A program made the position numbers and the translations under genes. 64,000 bases of DNA from Candidatus Woesearchaeota archaeon (GTDB taxonomy: Archaea > Nanobdellota > Nanobdellia > Woesearchaeales > SKIA01), in NCBI GenBank assembly GCA_046704725.1, contig JBJKRI010000003.1, positions 93,758 through 157,757 on the forward strand, in the 5' to 3' direction. The notes beneath the pieces are model-generated. The model worked only from the letters and a program-made list of their open reading frames with translations, had not been told where the DNA came from and ran no database searches. Below are positions 1 through 10,120 of this stretch, piece after piece (within the stretch, counting starts at the first letter, position 1; each line of letters starts with the position of its first letter).

Positions 1-244
1 GTTCGCGAGATCGGTGCAGATGTTCCGGAGTTCCTCTTTCGCGTCCTCGGAGACGCGCTCTGCCCCTGCACGCGTGATGATACGCTCCATCGCTGCCAGG
101 GGGATGCTGCGTGTTGCCATATCTCCCGTGAAGCCATCACGGTATTTAAGCCCTGTGCATGATGCCATCGCGTCCGGAATACCTTTTTTCCCACTGGACG
201 CGCACGAGGCGTCGCTTTAAGAACCACAAGACGGCTATGAACGC

Positions 245-433
245 ATGCTCACTGTCCAGTGCCCGTCGTGCGGCCACCAGCAGCGCACCCAGCCAAAGAA
301 CGTGATGCGCAGCGTCAAGCGCTGCGTCTACTGCGGGAAGTCCTTCAAGATACACTCAGGCGCGGACAGCCGTATCGTGCGTCCTGACGGTCGTTTCACC
401 AACCGCCAAGCTCGCGCGCCAGATCGATGCTGA
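245..433 (+). CDS. small zinc-ribbon protein (two CxxC pairs), hypothetical
   Basis: 62-aa ORF with CPSCG...CVYCG motifs; overlaps 3' end of opposite-strand gene by ~38 nt; no other support. Confidence 0.25.
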   Translation: MLTVQCPSCGHQQRTQPKNVMRSVKRCVYCGKSFKIHSGADSRIVRPDGRFTNRQARAPDRC

Positions 434-1085
434 CCGGCTTGTCCGCGCCGAGGAACTCCACGTATTTCGCATCAGGGTAGTGTTCGGCCTGCGCTCTGCG
501 CTGGAGGGTCAGGAATTCGATGAGCTTGCTGCCACGCAGTTGCGTCTGGCTCTTGTGGCAGTCCCACAGTTTTTGCATCGTGTCGAGTACAGAATCAACC
601 GGCACGGCGATCCGTGCTTCGCGCGAACCGACCATGTACCAGAGGATGCTGTGCGTCTTGTGCTTCTCGGCCGTCAGTTCAGACACGCCGAAGCGCGCGT
701 ACCGCGCGCCGTCCCGAACGAGCAATCCCATGATTCGGTGCTCGGGGTGCGCTCTTCCATCTAGCACGTCGCCCGACAGTCCCCACCAGTTGCTCAGGAT
801 AAGTTCGGGCTGTACGTCGCGGATGATCTGTGCCACCTGCAGCGTGTGCTTCCGGTCGTGCTCGAGCGAGGTGTCCGGCAGTCCCTGCCAGAGCAGTTTC
901 GCGCCGAGCAGTTCCGCCGCTGCTTCCTGTTCTTTCTTGCGCGTCTTCGTATCGCCGTAGCTGCCCGCGCTGCCGTCCGTCATGACTGCCATGACGAGCT
1001 CGTGACGTTTCGCGAGCAATGCCAATGTGCCGCCGAGGGCGAACTCCGCGTCGTCTGGATGTGCAGAGAATACAAGGATTCGCAT
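396..1085 (-). CDS. PIG-L/LmbE family N-acetylglucosaminyl deacetylase
   Basis: N-terminus MRILVFSAHPDDAEFALGGT...MTDGSAGS typical of LmbE/PIG-L fold; TATA-like gatttaagg ~25 nt upstream on minus strand. Confidence 0.75.
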   Translation of the reverse strand: MRILVFSAHPDDAEFALGGTLALLAKRHELVMAVMTDGSAGSYGDTKTRKKEQEAAAELLGAKLLWQGLPDTSLEHDRKHTLQVAQIIRDVQPELILSNWWGLSGDVLDGRAHPEHRIMGLLVRDGARYARFGVSELTAEKHKTHSILWYMVGSREARIAVPVDSVLDTMQKLWDCHKSQTQLRGSKLIEFLTLQRRAQAEHYPDAKYVEFLGADKPVSIDLARELGGW

Positions 1086-1252
1086 GGTGGTGCGAGGTTC
1101 TTCACTGATTTAAGGCCATCGTTCACCTTTCACCATATAGACAATAAATACAAACTTCCATAAGGAAAGAAATTGTGTCGGAGCCGACCTGCCGAAAGAG
1201 CGGAATTCCTGCGCGAGAAGCGGTGAGAAGCCAGTATCTGAATCCCGAAACC

Positions 1253-1260
1253 TTATAAAT
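1253..1260 (+). promoter_or_regulatory. TATA box for leaderless gyrA transcript
   Basis: ccTTATAAAT 20 nt upstream of gyrA ATG; same geometry recurs at many genes in window. Confidence 0.5.
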
Positions 1261-1280
1261 ACGCCCGCGTCACACAAACC

Positions 1281-3695
1281 ATGCCAGAAGAAGTCTCCGC
1301 GCGCGTCATCGAGGACGAGATGCGGGACGCCTACATGGCCTACGCGATGAGCGTGATTGTGGGCCGCGCACTGCCCCACGTGCGCGACGGGCTCAAGCCC
1401 GTCCATCGTCGGATCCTCTATGCCATGCTCGACATGGGCATGCGCCACAACCAACCCTACAAGAAGAGCGCGCGCATCGTCGGAGAGGTCCTCGGAAAGT
1501 ACCATCCCCACGGTGACTCCGCCGTCTACGACGCGGCCGTGCGCATGGTGCAGGACTTCAGCCTGCGATACCCATTGATTGACGGGCAAGGAAACTTCGG
1601 CAACATCGATGGCGACTCGCCAGCGGCGATGCGATACACCGAGACCCGTCTTGCCAAGATCAGCCAGGAACTCCTCAGCGACATCGACAAGGAGACCGTC
1701 GACTGGTCCGAGAACTTCGACGGAAGCCTCAAAGAACCGTGGGTGCTCCCCGGTCCCCTGCCCAACCTGCTCATCAACGGCTCTGCCGGCATCGCCGTCG
1801 GCATGGCCACCAACATGCCGCCGCACAACCTCACAGAGATCGCCGCCGCGCTCATCGCCTTCATCGACGATCCAGAACTGGATGTCTCCGAGCTCTTGGA
1901 GCTCGTCCCTGGCCCGGACTTCCCGACCGGCGGCATCATCTGCGGACGCTCCGGCATCCGCAGCGCCTACCAGACCGGACGCGGCAAGGTCGTCGTGCGC
2001 GGCGTCATCGAACGCGAAGAGAAGAAGGACCATGTCCGTCTCATCGTCACCGAGATCCCATACCAAGTCGTCAAGGCAGACCTCATCACCCAGATCGCTG
2101 ACCTCGTGCGCGACAAGCGCCTCGAGGGCATCAGCGACATCCGCGACGAGAGCGACCGCCGCGGCATGCGCGTCGTCCTCACCCTCAAGCGCGACGCGAA
2201 TCCCGACGTGGTGGAGAACCAGCTCTACAAGCACACACGATTGCAACAGACCTTCGGCGTCATCAACCTGGCCATCGTCGGGCAAGAGCCCAAGGTATTG
2301 AGCCTGCCCGAGCTCCTCGGCCATTACGTCGCGCACCGCACCGAGGTCGTCACGAGACGCACCGAGCACGACCTGCGTCAGGCGCAGGAGCGCGCCCACA
2401 TCCTCGAAGGCCTCCTGGTCGCCATCGAGCACCTCGACGCGGTCATCCCCCTCATCCGCAGGAGTGCGGACGCCGACGCCGCGAGGACCGCCCTCATCGA
2501 CCGCTACGACCTCACAGACGTCCAGGCGAACGCCATCCTCGACATGCGCTTGCAGCGGCTCACCGGCCTCGAGCGCGACAAGATCGAGACCGAGCACGCA
2601 GAGCTGCAAACGACCATCAAGGACCTCACAGACATCCTCGCCAAGCCCGAACGCATCAAGAACATCCTCAAGGAGGACCTCGAACGCCTCTCGGAGCAGT
2701 ACGGCGACGCGCGACGCACGCGGATCACCGACGCCGAGGAGGACATTGACATCGAGGACCTCATCGAGCCCGAGGACATGGTCGTCACCATCAGCCACTC
2801 CGGCTATGTCAAGCGCTTGTCCGTGAGCACGTATCAGGCCCAGCGCCGCGGCGGCGTGGGCATCATCGGCGCGACCACCAAGGACGACGATTTCGTCGAG
2901 CACCTCTTCGTGGCCAACACCCACAGCCACTTGCTCTTCTTCACGGACAAGGGGGAGGTCTACTGGAAGAAGGTCTATCATCTTCCTGAAGCGTCGCGCA
3001 CCGCGAAGGGAACCCCGTTGGTGAACATCCTCCAGCTCCGTCCCGATGAGCGCGTCAGCGCGGTCATCCCCGTCCACGACTTCTCCGAAGAGGGTTACCT
3101 CTTGTTCGCGACCAAGAACGGTACGGTCAAGAAGACGCCGCTCGCCGACTACAGCCGCCCGCGCCAAGGAGGTATCCACGCCATCGTCCTCGATGAGGGC
3201 GACGATCTGGTGCGCGTGGTTCGCACCTCCGGAGACGATGACATCCTCCTCGCGTCCTCTCGCGGGCAGGCCATCCGTTTCAACGAGAACGACGTGCGCT
3301 CCATGGGACGCGTCTCTCGCGGCGTCCGCGGCATGAAGCTGCGCTCCGACGACGAGGTCATCAGCATGTCGCTCGCAAGCGAAGGAGCGGACGTGCTCAC
3401 CCTCACAGAGCATGGGTACGGCAAGCGCACATCGATAGCTGAATACCCAAAGCAGGGTCGCGGTGGCTATGGCGTGCGCAACATCGTCACCGGCGGACGC
3501 AATGGCAAGGCCGTGTCCTGCCGTGTCGTCGACGGCTCCGACGACCTGTTGCTCATCAGCCAGAACGGCATCATCATCCGCACGCCCGCCAAGGATATCA
3601 GCCGCATCGGGCGCAGCACGCAGGGCGTGCGCGTCATGAAGCTGCGGTCTGGCGACAGCCTCGTGGCGGTCGCGAAGGTCGTCTCCGACGCATAA
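1281..3695 (+). CDS. gyrA: DNA gyrase subunit A
   Basis: 804 aa; [33 protein letters not shown] catalytic-Tyr region and C-terminal beta-pinwheel repeats; TATA ttataaat 20 nt upstream of ATG. Confidence 0.95.
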   Translation: MPEEVSARVIEDEMRDAYMAYAMSVIVGRALPHVRDGLKPVHRRILYAMLDMGMRHNQPYKKSARIVGEVLGKYHPHGDSAVYDAAVRMVQDFSLRYPLIDGQGNFGNIDGDSPAAMRYTETRLAKISQELLSDIDKETVDWSENFDGSLKEPWVLPGPLPNLLINGSAGIAVGMATNMPPHNLTEIAAALIAFIDDPELDVSELLELVPGPDFPTGGIICGRSGIRSAYQTGRGKVVVRGVIEREEKKDHVRLIVTEIPYQVVKADLITQIADLVRDKRLEGISDIRDESDRRGMRVVLTLKRDANPDVVENQLYKHTRLQQTFGVINLAIVGQEPKVLSLPELLGHYVAHRTEVVTRRTEHDLRQAQERAHILEGLLVAIEHLDAVIPLIRRSADADAARTALIDRYDLTDVQANAILDMRLQRLTGLERDKIETEHAELQTTIKDLTDILAKPERIKNILKEDLERLSEQYGDARRTRITDAEEDIDIEDLIEPEDMVVTISHSGYVKRLSVSTYQAQRRGGVGIIGATTKDDDFVEHLFVANTHSHLLFFTDKGEVYWKKVYHLPEASRTAKGTPLVNILQLRPDERVSAVIPVHDFSEEGYLLFATKNGTVKKTPLADYSRPRQGGIHAIVLDEGDDLVRVVRTSGDDDILLASSRGQAIRFNENDVRSMGRVSRGVRGMKLRSDDEVISMSLASEGADVLTLTEHGYGKRTSIAEYPKQGRGGYGVRNIVTGGRNGKAVSCRVVDGSDDLLLISQNGIIIRTPAKDISRIGRSTQGVRVMKLRSGDSLVAVAKVVSDA

Positions 3696-3726
3696 CTTTA
3701 TTATGCACGCGTGACCGGGATACCGT

Positions 3727-4506
3727 ATGGCAGAGGTGAGCGAAGCGCAAGCGCCGCAAGAGCAAGTCGCTGAACCCGATTCTCCGCAGGATACATCCGC
3801 CGCTGCACCAGAACCTCAAGCCCCTCCGGAACAGCCTCCTATCGAAGCGAAGGCCGACCAGGAGGAGGAGCAGGTGCAAGGCGCGGTCGCATCCGCGTCG
3901 GAACGTCCTGACGCCGAACAGGTCACGGAGGAGGACTGGCAGCAGGAAGCGAGGGAGCTCGAGAGCATCGCGCAAGAGCTCGACGCGCTCGCGCAGACCT
4001 GCGAGCAGGTCCTCGAGAAGACCGCGTCCCTCAAGGACCAGGATGCCGTGCAGGACCGGCTCTCAGAATACAGCGCGGACCTCATCCGATTGCCTCGCGC
4101 CATCCAGGCGCTCAATGACTTCCGCCGCTATCTCCCACGCATCAAGGAGCGATCCGACAAGACGCGCGCGGACCTCATCAAGCTGCGTGGCGGCGAGGAC
4201 GACGCGATCACCAGCGAGGAGGACCGACTGCTCACTTCGCTCTCCGGTATCAAGGACCACGTGATCGAGATTATCGCGTCTCTCGAATCGACATTGGAGA
4301 CGGTGCGCAGCGGCGCTGCCGCATTGCTTTCGCTCATCGGTTATCACCAGCCAGGTTTCTATGACTACGCCGTGCAGGCGTTGCGCGTCGTGCGCATCGA
4401 CATTGTTTCCGACGTGGTGCACAAGGAGGTCTTGCGCGTGCGTGCGCTCATCGAGGATATCGGTGCGCTCGCGAAACTGCAGGAGCACGCGCAGTCGTTG
4501 CAATGA
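3727..4506 (+). CDS. hypothetical acidic coiled-coil protein
   Basis: 259-aa ORF, Glu/Gln/Ala-rich N-terminus, TATA tttattat ~25 nt upstream. Confidence 0.5.
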   Translation: MAEVSEAQAPQEQVAEPDSPQDTSAAAPEPQAPPEQPPIEAKADQEEEQVQGAVASASERPDAEQVTEEDWQQEARELESIAQELDALAQTCEQVLEKTASLKDQDAVQDRLSEYSADLIRLPRAIQALNDFRRYLPRIKERSDKTRADLIKLRGGEDDAITSEEDRLLTSLSGIKDHVIEIIASLESTLETVRSGAAALLSLIGYHQPGFYDYAVQALRVVRIDIVSDVVHKEVLRVRALIEDIGALAKLQEHAQSLQ

Positions 4507-4982
4507 GCTTCGAGAACCTCCGGACGAAGGGATGGACCGACGCGGAGATCACGCACTTGCAGCAGCACTTCCATCCGCAAGCGGAGAATCGCACCGTGGT
4601 CGCGTTCGCGCTCATCCTGCTTCTCGCAGCCGCTGTCGGCGTGCCCTTCCTCTATGGATTGTTCGGCGGCGTGATGACCGAATCCATCTTCTGGACGGTG
4701 CTCCTCATCATCGGCGTCCCGCTCGGAGCCGTCTTCGGCGTGTTGCTCGTGGATATCGATCGGTTGACGCGCCAGCACCACATCCTCTTGCTCGTCGCCG
4801 TGCCCGTCGCCGCGGCGATCGGTGGCGCCGCGCTCATCGCGCAGGCCGAAGCGACGGTCCCCGGACTGGCGCCCCACAATGCTCTTATAGGGGGCCTTGT
4901 CTACGCGACCGCATTCATCGCGCCGTACGCGATACTGGTGAAGCGGGAATGGAACTCGAGGATTGGACGCTGGAGTACGTGA
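4503..4982 (+). CDS. hypothetical membrane protein (4 TM)
   Basis: hydrophobic helices; start overlaps upstream stop (ATGA). Confidence 0.45.
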   Translation: MSFENLRTKGWTDAEITHLQQHFHPQAENRTVVAFALILLLAAAVGVPFLYGLFGGVMTESIFWTVLLIIGVPLGAVFGVLLVDIDRLTRQHHILLLVAVPVAAAIGGAALIAQAEATVPGLAPHNALIGGLVYATAFIAPYAILVKREWNSRIGRWST

Positions 4983-5329
4983 AGGCGCGCAACGCCATGC
5001 GCCGCACCCTCAAGAGCCAGTCGAAGGATGGCGACGTCTTGACGTTCGTGCACAGCCACAAGACGCATCACTTCCTCATCGCTCCGGAACTGCACGTTCC
5101 GAAAGCGGAGGACTGGTACACCGTCGTCTGCCTCAACTCCAAGCGTAACGTTGACTTCCTGCTCGCGCACTGGGACGACCTCTGCCAGGACCGTCTCTCG
5201 ATCCTGTTCGTCAATCCCGCGCAGAACCAGTCATGGCAGGTCACGCCCAAGATGCATTCTCTCATCGCGGATCCCGACACTCTCGAGCAGGGCGTGCGCA
5301 CCATGGCCTCCGAAGTCCCGACCGCCTGA
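4949..5329 (+). CDS. hypothetical protein
   Basis: 126-aa ORF starting MELEDWTLEYVKARN inside a longer GC-artefact ORF. Confidence 0.35.
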   Translation: MELEDWTLEYVKARNAMRRTLKSQSKDGDVLTFVHSHKTHHFLIAPELHVPKAEDWYTVVCLNSKRNVDFLLAHWDDLCQDRLSILFVNPAQNQSWQVTPKMHSLIADPDTLEQGVRTMASEVPTA

Positions 5330-5569
5330 TGTTCCTGTATAAGAGGTGCTAGCATGTACAGGTCGTCGCGTAATCTCCTGCGCCGAGCCGTTTGGATCTC
5401 TGCACTTCATCAATCTTCTGTTGCGCCCAACGACCATGTTCCCAGACTCGCCTCATGTACACTTCTCCCTGCGACGGGAAAAGCCGCAGCTGCACGACAG
5501 GCTTGGGATCAAGAATCACATCGGAATCAGCGAGCAACGGATTGTGAGTGAGATGCTGATAGAGCTGGT

Positions 5570-5842
5570 TCATTCCTCGTCTTCCATGCCGGGCTGGCTC
5601 GGGATCGCGTTCTTGCTGATGATCACGATGTCGCCGATGGCCTTGACGAGCTGGTGGGGCACGATCACACCCTTGGCGTTGCCCAGTACTTTCTGGAGGA
5701 AGCTGCCGCGCGTCGCCTTGACGCGCCAGCCGAATATCTTGTTGTTCGTGAGGATGGATTCCTCCACGTCGCCGAAGTAGTCGCCTTCGTCCGTGAAGAC
5801 GCGCATGTCGTACGTCTCCGATATACGCTTCATCCGTAGCAT
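5570..5842 (-). CDS. PRC-barrel domain protein
   Basis: 90 aa; VFTDEGDYFGDVEESIL...GWRV pattern of archaeal PRC-barrel proteins; TATA catatttaaagg ~26 nt upstream. Confidence 0.6.
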   Translation of the reverse strand: MLRMKRISETYDMRVFTDEGDYFGDVEESILTNNKIFGWRVKATRGSFLQKVLGNAKGVIVPHQLVKAIGDIVIISKNAIPSQPGMEDEE

Positions 5843-5996
5843 TCTTCCACCTAAAGCCGATAAGTCGAGAATCCATATTTAAAGGTTGTGGCTCTGGAAG
5901 CGGCGAATCGCGCCTCTGACGGCCCGAGATTCCTCCAAGCCATAACCCTTATAAGGGAGCGGCCGCCGTATCCGACCCAGAGGTGAGTCTTTCCAC

Positions 5997-6257
5997 ATGG
6001 CAGTCGACATCCAGACCGTTACGCTCGCGATCATCCTCGGCACGTTGATGGCGATCGTCTACAGCTTGCGTATCCTCGTGCTTCTCGAACGGCGCATCGC
6101 GCGCATGGACCATCATCTCGAGCTCATGACCATGGCGGTCCTCAAGGATGAGAAGCAGCTCTTGACAGAGGAGACCACGATCGAGCGGCTCGTGAACAAG
6201 TCCAAGGGCCCCGCGAAGCGCGCGCGCAAGAGCAGCAAGAAGAAGTCCAAGAAGTGA
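5997..6257 (+). CDS. small membrane protein with Lys-rich tail
   Basis: 86 aa, one TM helix then KRARKSSKKKSKK tail; palindromic TATA cccttataaggg upstream. Confidence 0.4.
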   Translation: MAVDIQTVTLAIILGTLMAIVYSLRILVLLERRIARMDHHLELMTMAVLKDEKQLLTEETTIERLVNKSKGPAKRARKSSKKKSKK

Positions 6258-6261
6258 TTCA

Positions 6262-6891
6262 GTGATTCGTCACACGTCCTTCAAACACGGGTGGTTCTAC
6301 CACTATCGCGTCCATGAGGAGAAGCTCGCACGCCTTTCCAAGCCGTTTCCCGCATTGCAGCAGTACCTGCTCGGCGTGTTCGACGATTGTCCGGATGAGT
6401 ATTTCCAGAGCGGTCCGCGGGGCTCCAAGCTGCAGATGCCAATCAAGATTGAGCCGGTCCATGTCAAGAACCATGGGTTGTGCGCGATGACTGCATTCGC
6501 ATTGGAGAACGGACGCTTCAAGACAGCGCACAGCAACGTGCAGGTCGCTATGCTCGAGAACGACCACACGACCGTCGCCGTGGAGGTGCCTTTGTGGCTG
6601 CTCCCTGACGATCTCGACGGCTTTTCCGACGTCTTCGGTGAGGACCGTCCGTTGACCGGGCATATCGATGCATTGTCGGTCGACGACGACCGCATCTGGA
6701 TCTGGGACTACAAGCCCGGCGCGTCCAAGGAGCGCTACGCGCACGTGCAGACCTACATGTATGCTGTCATGCTCTCCACGCGCACCGGCATCCCCTTGGA
6801 GAATTTCCGCTGCGGATATTTCGATAAGGAGGACTGCTATGTCTTCTTGCCCGAGCGTCCGGAGCGGGTGCTGCCGATTATCGCCGGATGA
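6262..6891 (+). CDS. PD-(D/E)xK nuclease superfamily protein
   Basis: GHIDAL...IWIWDYKPG motif consistent with D...(D/E)xK core; Cas4/RecB-like fold; partner of Hjc locus. Confidence 0.4.
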   Translation: MIRHTSFKHGWFYHYRVHEEKLARLSKPFPALQQYLLGVFDDCPDEYFQSGPRGSKLQMPIKIEPVHVKNHGLCAMTAFALENGRFKTAHSNVQVAMLENDHTTVAVEVPLWLLPDDLDGFSDVFGEDRPLTGHIDALSVDDDRIWIWDYKPGASKERYAHVQTYMYAVMLSTRTGIPLENFRCGYFDKEDCYVFLPERPERVLPIIAG

Positions 6892-7279
6892 GTTGCTCGA
6901 AGTTGCGTCCGCGCTCCTGCGCATCCTTGTAGGGAAGCACATAATGCTTTCCCGACGACAATAACGTGTGCGCGGGAACGAAGTACCAGCCGCGCCGAAC
7001 GAACTTCACGCCGACCCAGGCTTCCGCGCCGAAGCGCTCTGCGAACGTTTGAAGATCGTTCACCTCTTGGTCCTTGAGGTATTGCCGGTCTCCCTTGCAG
7101 TACTTGGCCTCGACAGCGACGACGCGTCCGTCGTGGCCCGCGATGACATCAGGCACCTCGAGCGGCACCGATCCCGAGCCTGCTGCGCGCACGCCTCCCC
7201 AACCCGCGTCATAGAACAGGTGCAGGAGTTCGCGCTCGGCGGCCGAGCCGCGCGCTTTGGCCGTTCTTCGGGAGGGCAT
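6878..7279 (-). CDS. hjc: Holliday junction resolvase Hjc
   Basis: GSAAERELLHLFYDAGWGGVRAAGSG...PDVIAG...AVEAKY matches archaeal Hjc catalytic motifs. Confidence 0.75.
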   Translation of the reverse strand: MPSRRTAKARGSAAERELLHLFYDAGWGGVRAAGSGSVPLEVPDVIAGHDGRVVAVEAKYCKGDRQYLKDQEVNDLQTFAERFGAEAWVGVKFVRRGWYFVPAHTLLSSGKHYVLPYKDAQERGRNFEQLIRR

Positions 7280-7363
7280 GTGCCTTTCTCTCCCTCCTCA
7301 TTCATAAAGCTGGATGCTCTGTGTCCAGTGAAAGCGTGTGTACAGGCTCCCGAATCCTGGTGC

Positions 7364-8308
7364 CTAATCATCAATGTCGTCGAGTTCCTTCTCGACCTTT
7401 TCACGCGTGCGTTTGGCCTTCTTCATCGCGTCGTCGAGCGTGTCATCGTCTGAGATATCGTCGGGATTCGGTCCGTCGGGCCGTTCCTCAGGCTCGTCCT
7501 CGCCCGTTCGATCCTCTGGCGGTTCTTCATCCTCGGCCGGGGATTCCTCGGCCTTGGGACGCATATCCTCCATCTCCTTGGCGATGCGCTCGCGCGTCTT
7601 CTGGGATTTCTCGAGCACCTTCTCAAGGTCCTCGACGGCGACCTTCTTTCGCAGCTTGGCTCCCTTCTTAGACAGCTCCCTTCCGGTCGCCTCTGTCTCG
7701 CTGGTCTCCGGCTCGTCCACGTCGACAGCCCCTTCCTCCTCCTGCGGGTCGGCGAGCTTCTTCTCCAGGCGTTTCTGGGACAGCTCGATCTCCATCTCTT
7801 TTTGCCGGTGCGCTTCTTCCACCTCGCGGAAGACCTTGCGGATGTCCTCGCGGCCCTCGATGTCGAAGTACTCGAAGAACTTGTCCGTGATGCGCAACTG
7901 GTACGAGCGTCCCTGCGGCTCTTTTGCGACAAAACCACGTTCCACCAGCTCTTTGACATGCTCGTACGCCCCGCTGCCGCGGATAGCGATCAGGTCCGAT
8001 TGCAGCATGGGCGAGCGCCAGGCGATGACCGCGAGCGTCTCTAGGACGGGTCCGGACACTTCAGTGTCCGACACGATCTTCGAGACTAGATCCAGATACT
8101 CATCCTTGACGTGCAGCTTCCAGGCACCCTCGTCCTCGACCACGCGTAGCGCCGAATCCTCGGTGGCGTAGCGCTTCTGCAGCGCCTCGAGCGCCGCGCG
8201 CACCTTCTTGCCGTCCTTCTCGAGGAGCTGTGCGATGTGTGTGGTGTCCATGAAGCGCCCGGAGGCGAACAGGACGGCCTCTACTTCTTTTTCGAGCCGA
8301 GCGTCCAT
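7364..8308 (-). CDS. scpB: segregation and condensation protein B (ScpB) with long acidic C-terminal tail
   Basis: EAVLFASG...LETLAVIAWRSPMLQSDLIAIRG...ELVERGFV winged-helix ScpB signature; extra ~120-aa Glu/Lys-rich tail. Confidence 0.7.
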   Translation of the reverse strand: MDARLEKEVEAVLFASGRFMDTTHIAQLLEKDGKKVRAALEALQKRYATEDSALRVVEDEGAWKLHVKDEYLDLVSKIVSDTEVSGPVLETLAVIAWRSPMLQSDLIAIRGSGAYEHVKELVERGFVAKEPQGRSYQLRITDKFFEYFDIEGREDIRKVFREVEEAHRQKEMEIELSQKRLEKKLADPQEEEGAVDVDEPETSETEATGRELSKKGAKLRKKVAVEDLEKVLEKSQKTRERIAKEMEDMRPKAEESPAEDEEPPEDRTGEDEPEERPDGPNPDDISDDDTLDDAMKKAKRTREKVEKELDDIDD

Positions 8309-8952
8309 TTTTTCCCCTTCTTCGCGATGATCTTCTCCTCTGACATGGGCGCTAGCACGCGTTCCATATCCTCGGCGGAGGTGCCTGCGAGCCGTGCGAG
8401 CTCTTCGGCATCCTTCGGTCCGGAGGCGAGCAGGATCGTGACCATGTTACGCAGGAGGTTCATGATGCTCATCCCGAGATGGGAGATGCGCTGACGCTCC
8501 CCGCGGAGCGTCTGTTGCGTGTAGTGCAGCTGGCTGAGCAGGTCGTTGAACCAGTTCTGCAGGTCGAGATGCTTGATGACGAGCTCCGCGGGCTCGAGCA
8601 TCTCGATGGACGCCGGCGTGTAGTTGAACGCGAGCGACGTGAGCGTCTCGGGCGTCTCCACAGTCATTTCCACCTCAGCGAAGGCGCTGAAGAATCCAGG
8701 GTCCTCCTCGAGCTCGTTGGCCTTCTCCGAATGGATGTCCACGATGCCCAACGCCTTCTCGTCCACGATCTCCTTGAGAAATTTCTTGAGCGTCGTCTCG
8801 ACGTGCTCCTTGGGCGTTCCGACGATCTCGAACGTGACGAGCACGCGGAGGTGCCCTTCGCTGACGCGTTCCTTGGCGTCGTCCTCGCTGATGCGCATGA
8901 GCGTTGCACCGGGCTGCGCATTATAAAGATATTGCCCCGTGCGGGAGCACAA
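8281..8952 (-). CDS. hypothetical protein, possible kleisin-like ScpA partner
   Basis: immediately upstream of and overlapping scpB (operon position of scpA); C-terminal winged-helix-like EELARLAGTSAEDMERVL; no direct ScpA motif recognised. Confidence 0.3.
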   Translation of the reverse strand: MCSRTGQYLYNAQPGATLMRISEDDAKERVSEGHLRVLVTFEIVGTPKEHVETTLKKFLKEIVDEKALGIVDIHSEKANELEEDPGFFSAFAEVEMTVETPETLTSLAFNYTPASIEMLEPAELVIKHLDLQNWFNDLLSQLHYTQQTLRGERQRISHLGMSIMNLLRNMVTILLASGPKDAEELARLAGTSAEDMERVLAPMSEEKIIAKKGKKWTLGSKKK

Positions 8953-8999
8953 CCTTTAAATACGCCATATTCGGTTCAGGACAAAGAGGTGAGCGATAC

Positions 9000-9911
9000 G
9001 TGGGCTTTCTGAGCAAATTAGGGATAGGGCACAAGACAGAAGAGGATGACATTCCGCCTCCGCCACCCCTTCCCGGGACTCCGGACCGCGCGCCCGTCCA
9101 GACCAAGGACGTCGGTCCGCAGGCCAAACCTCCCAAGCTCGACGAGCCCAGCATGCCTCCTCCCGCGCCACCACCAAAGAGCATGCCTCCCCCGATGCCT
9201 GCGGCACCGAAAGAAGCTTCACCCAAGATTCCGCCTGCCAAGATACCAGCACAGTCAATGCCGCCCAAGCCCGACATGAAGGCTCCCAGCGCGCCGCCGC
9301 AGGCGAGCAAGCCGGCGCGCGCGGATGTGAGAAAGGCCTTCTCGGACATCCCGCCCATTACCGTGTCGGCCGAGAGGAAAGCGACCATCACGAACGACCA
9401 GGCGAAAGAGTTCGACGTGGACAAGTTCGTTCTCCCCGAGCATGAGGTCCAACGGGATATGCCTAAGCCGATACCACCCCGTCAATCGAGCACTGCGTCC
9501 GTGCAGCAGTCGTCAGCACCCCGCTCCGCTGCTCCTCTTCCGATGCATCCGCGCCCGCAACGACCGCTACCCCCGGACGCTTCGCACTCGGTGCTCGACC
9601 ATGAATCACCATTCCAGTCGCGCCCGCCCGCTCGTCCGTCCAGTCCAACCACACAGCATGTGGAGCCTCCAGCAGAGCCTCATCAGTCGGGCTTCGCCGG
9701 ACCCCTCTATGTGAATGTCGATACGTATCAGGGTATTCAGAAGGCGCTCAAGGACCTCGACAAGCAGATCACCGACGTGAGCGCGGACATGGAGGATATC
9801 AAGCGTCTCACGAACGATGAGGACAAGCAGTTCTCGGTCATCGTCTCCAAGCTCGAGAAGATCCAGGATGATATCCTGACGATCGACCAGGACCTGTTCG
9901 AGGAGAAATGA
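9000..9911 (+). CDS. proline-rich / coiled-coil protein
   Basis: GTG start after GAGGTGA RBS and TATA cctttaaata; N-terminal PPPPPLPG/PPPAPPPK tracts, C-terminal heptad coiled coil. Confidence 0.5.
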   Translation: MGFLSKLGIGHKTEEDDIPPPPPLPGTPDRAPVQTKDVGPQAKPPKLDEPSMPPPAPPPKSMPPPMPAAPKEASPKIPPAKIPAQSMPPKPDMKAPSAPPQASKPARADVRKAFSDIPPITVSAERKATITNDQAKEFDVDKFVLPEHEVQRDMPKPIPPRQSSTASVQQSSAPRSAAPLPMHPRPQRPLPPDASHSVLDHESPFQSRPPARPSSPTTQHVEPPAEPHQSGFAGPLYVNVDTYQGIQKALKDLDKQITDVSADMEDIKRLTNDEDKQFSVIVSKLEKIQDDILTIDQDLFEEK

Positions 9912-10120
9912 CAGCCATCTACGTAGAGATCAGGCAGTACCGTAGCGTGCTCGACAGTCAGGATACGCTCAAGAGCAAGCTCTTGGCCGCCAAGCGCGTG
10001 CTGCACGAGCTCCATGACATCCGCAACGAGGAGAACAAGGAGCTGCATCGTCTCGAGGCCCAGCTCAAGGAGATGCGCGGCCGTCTCGAGGGCGTCCGCA
10101 CGGAGTTGATGGACGAATGA
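9908..10120 (+). CDS. small coiled-coil protein
   Basis: 70 aa all-helical, ATGA overlap with upstream gene. Confidence 0.45.
   Translation: MTAIYVEIRQYRSVLDSQDTLKSKLLAAKRVLHELHDIRNEENKELHRLEAQLKEMRGRLEGVRTELMDE

Noticed and set aside
14-355. ORFs 14..220 (+) and 146..355 (-) at window start
   Set aside because: Mutually overlapping, low-complexity, truncated by window edge; cannot be supported.
1110-3413. 767-aa ORF antisense to gyrA
   Set aside because: Fully antisense to a strongly supported gyrA; typical stop-codon-poor antisense frame in ~60% GC DNA; low-complexity Asp/Gly/Val/Leu/Ala-rich translation.
4361-5329. 322-aa Arg/Cys-rich ORF
   Set aside because: Arg/Ala/Ser-rich GC-artefact frame overlapping two plausible genes; only its last 126 codons (from MELEDW) retained.
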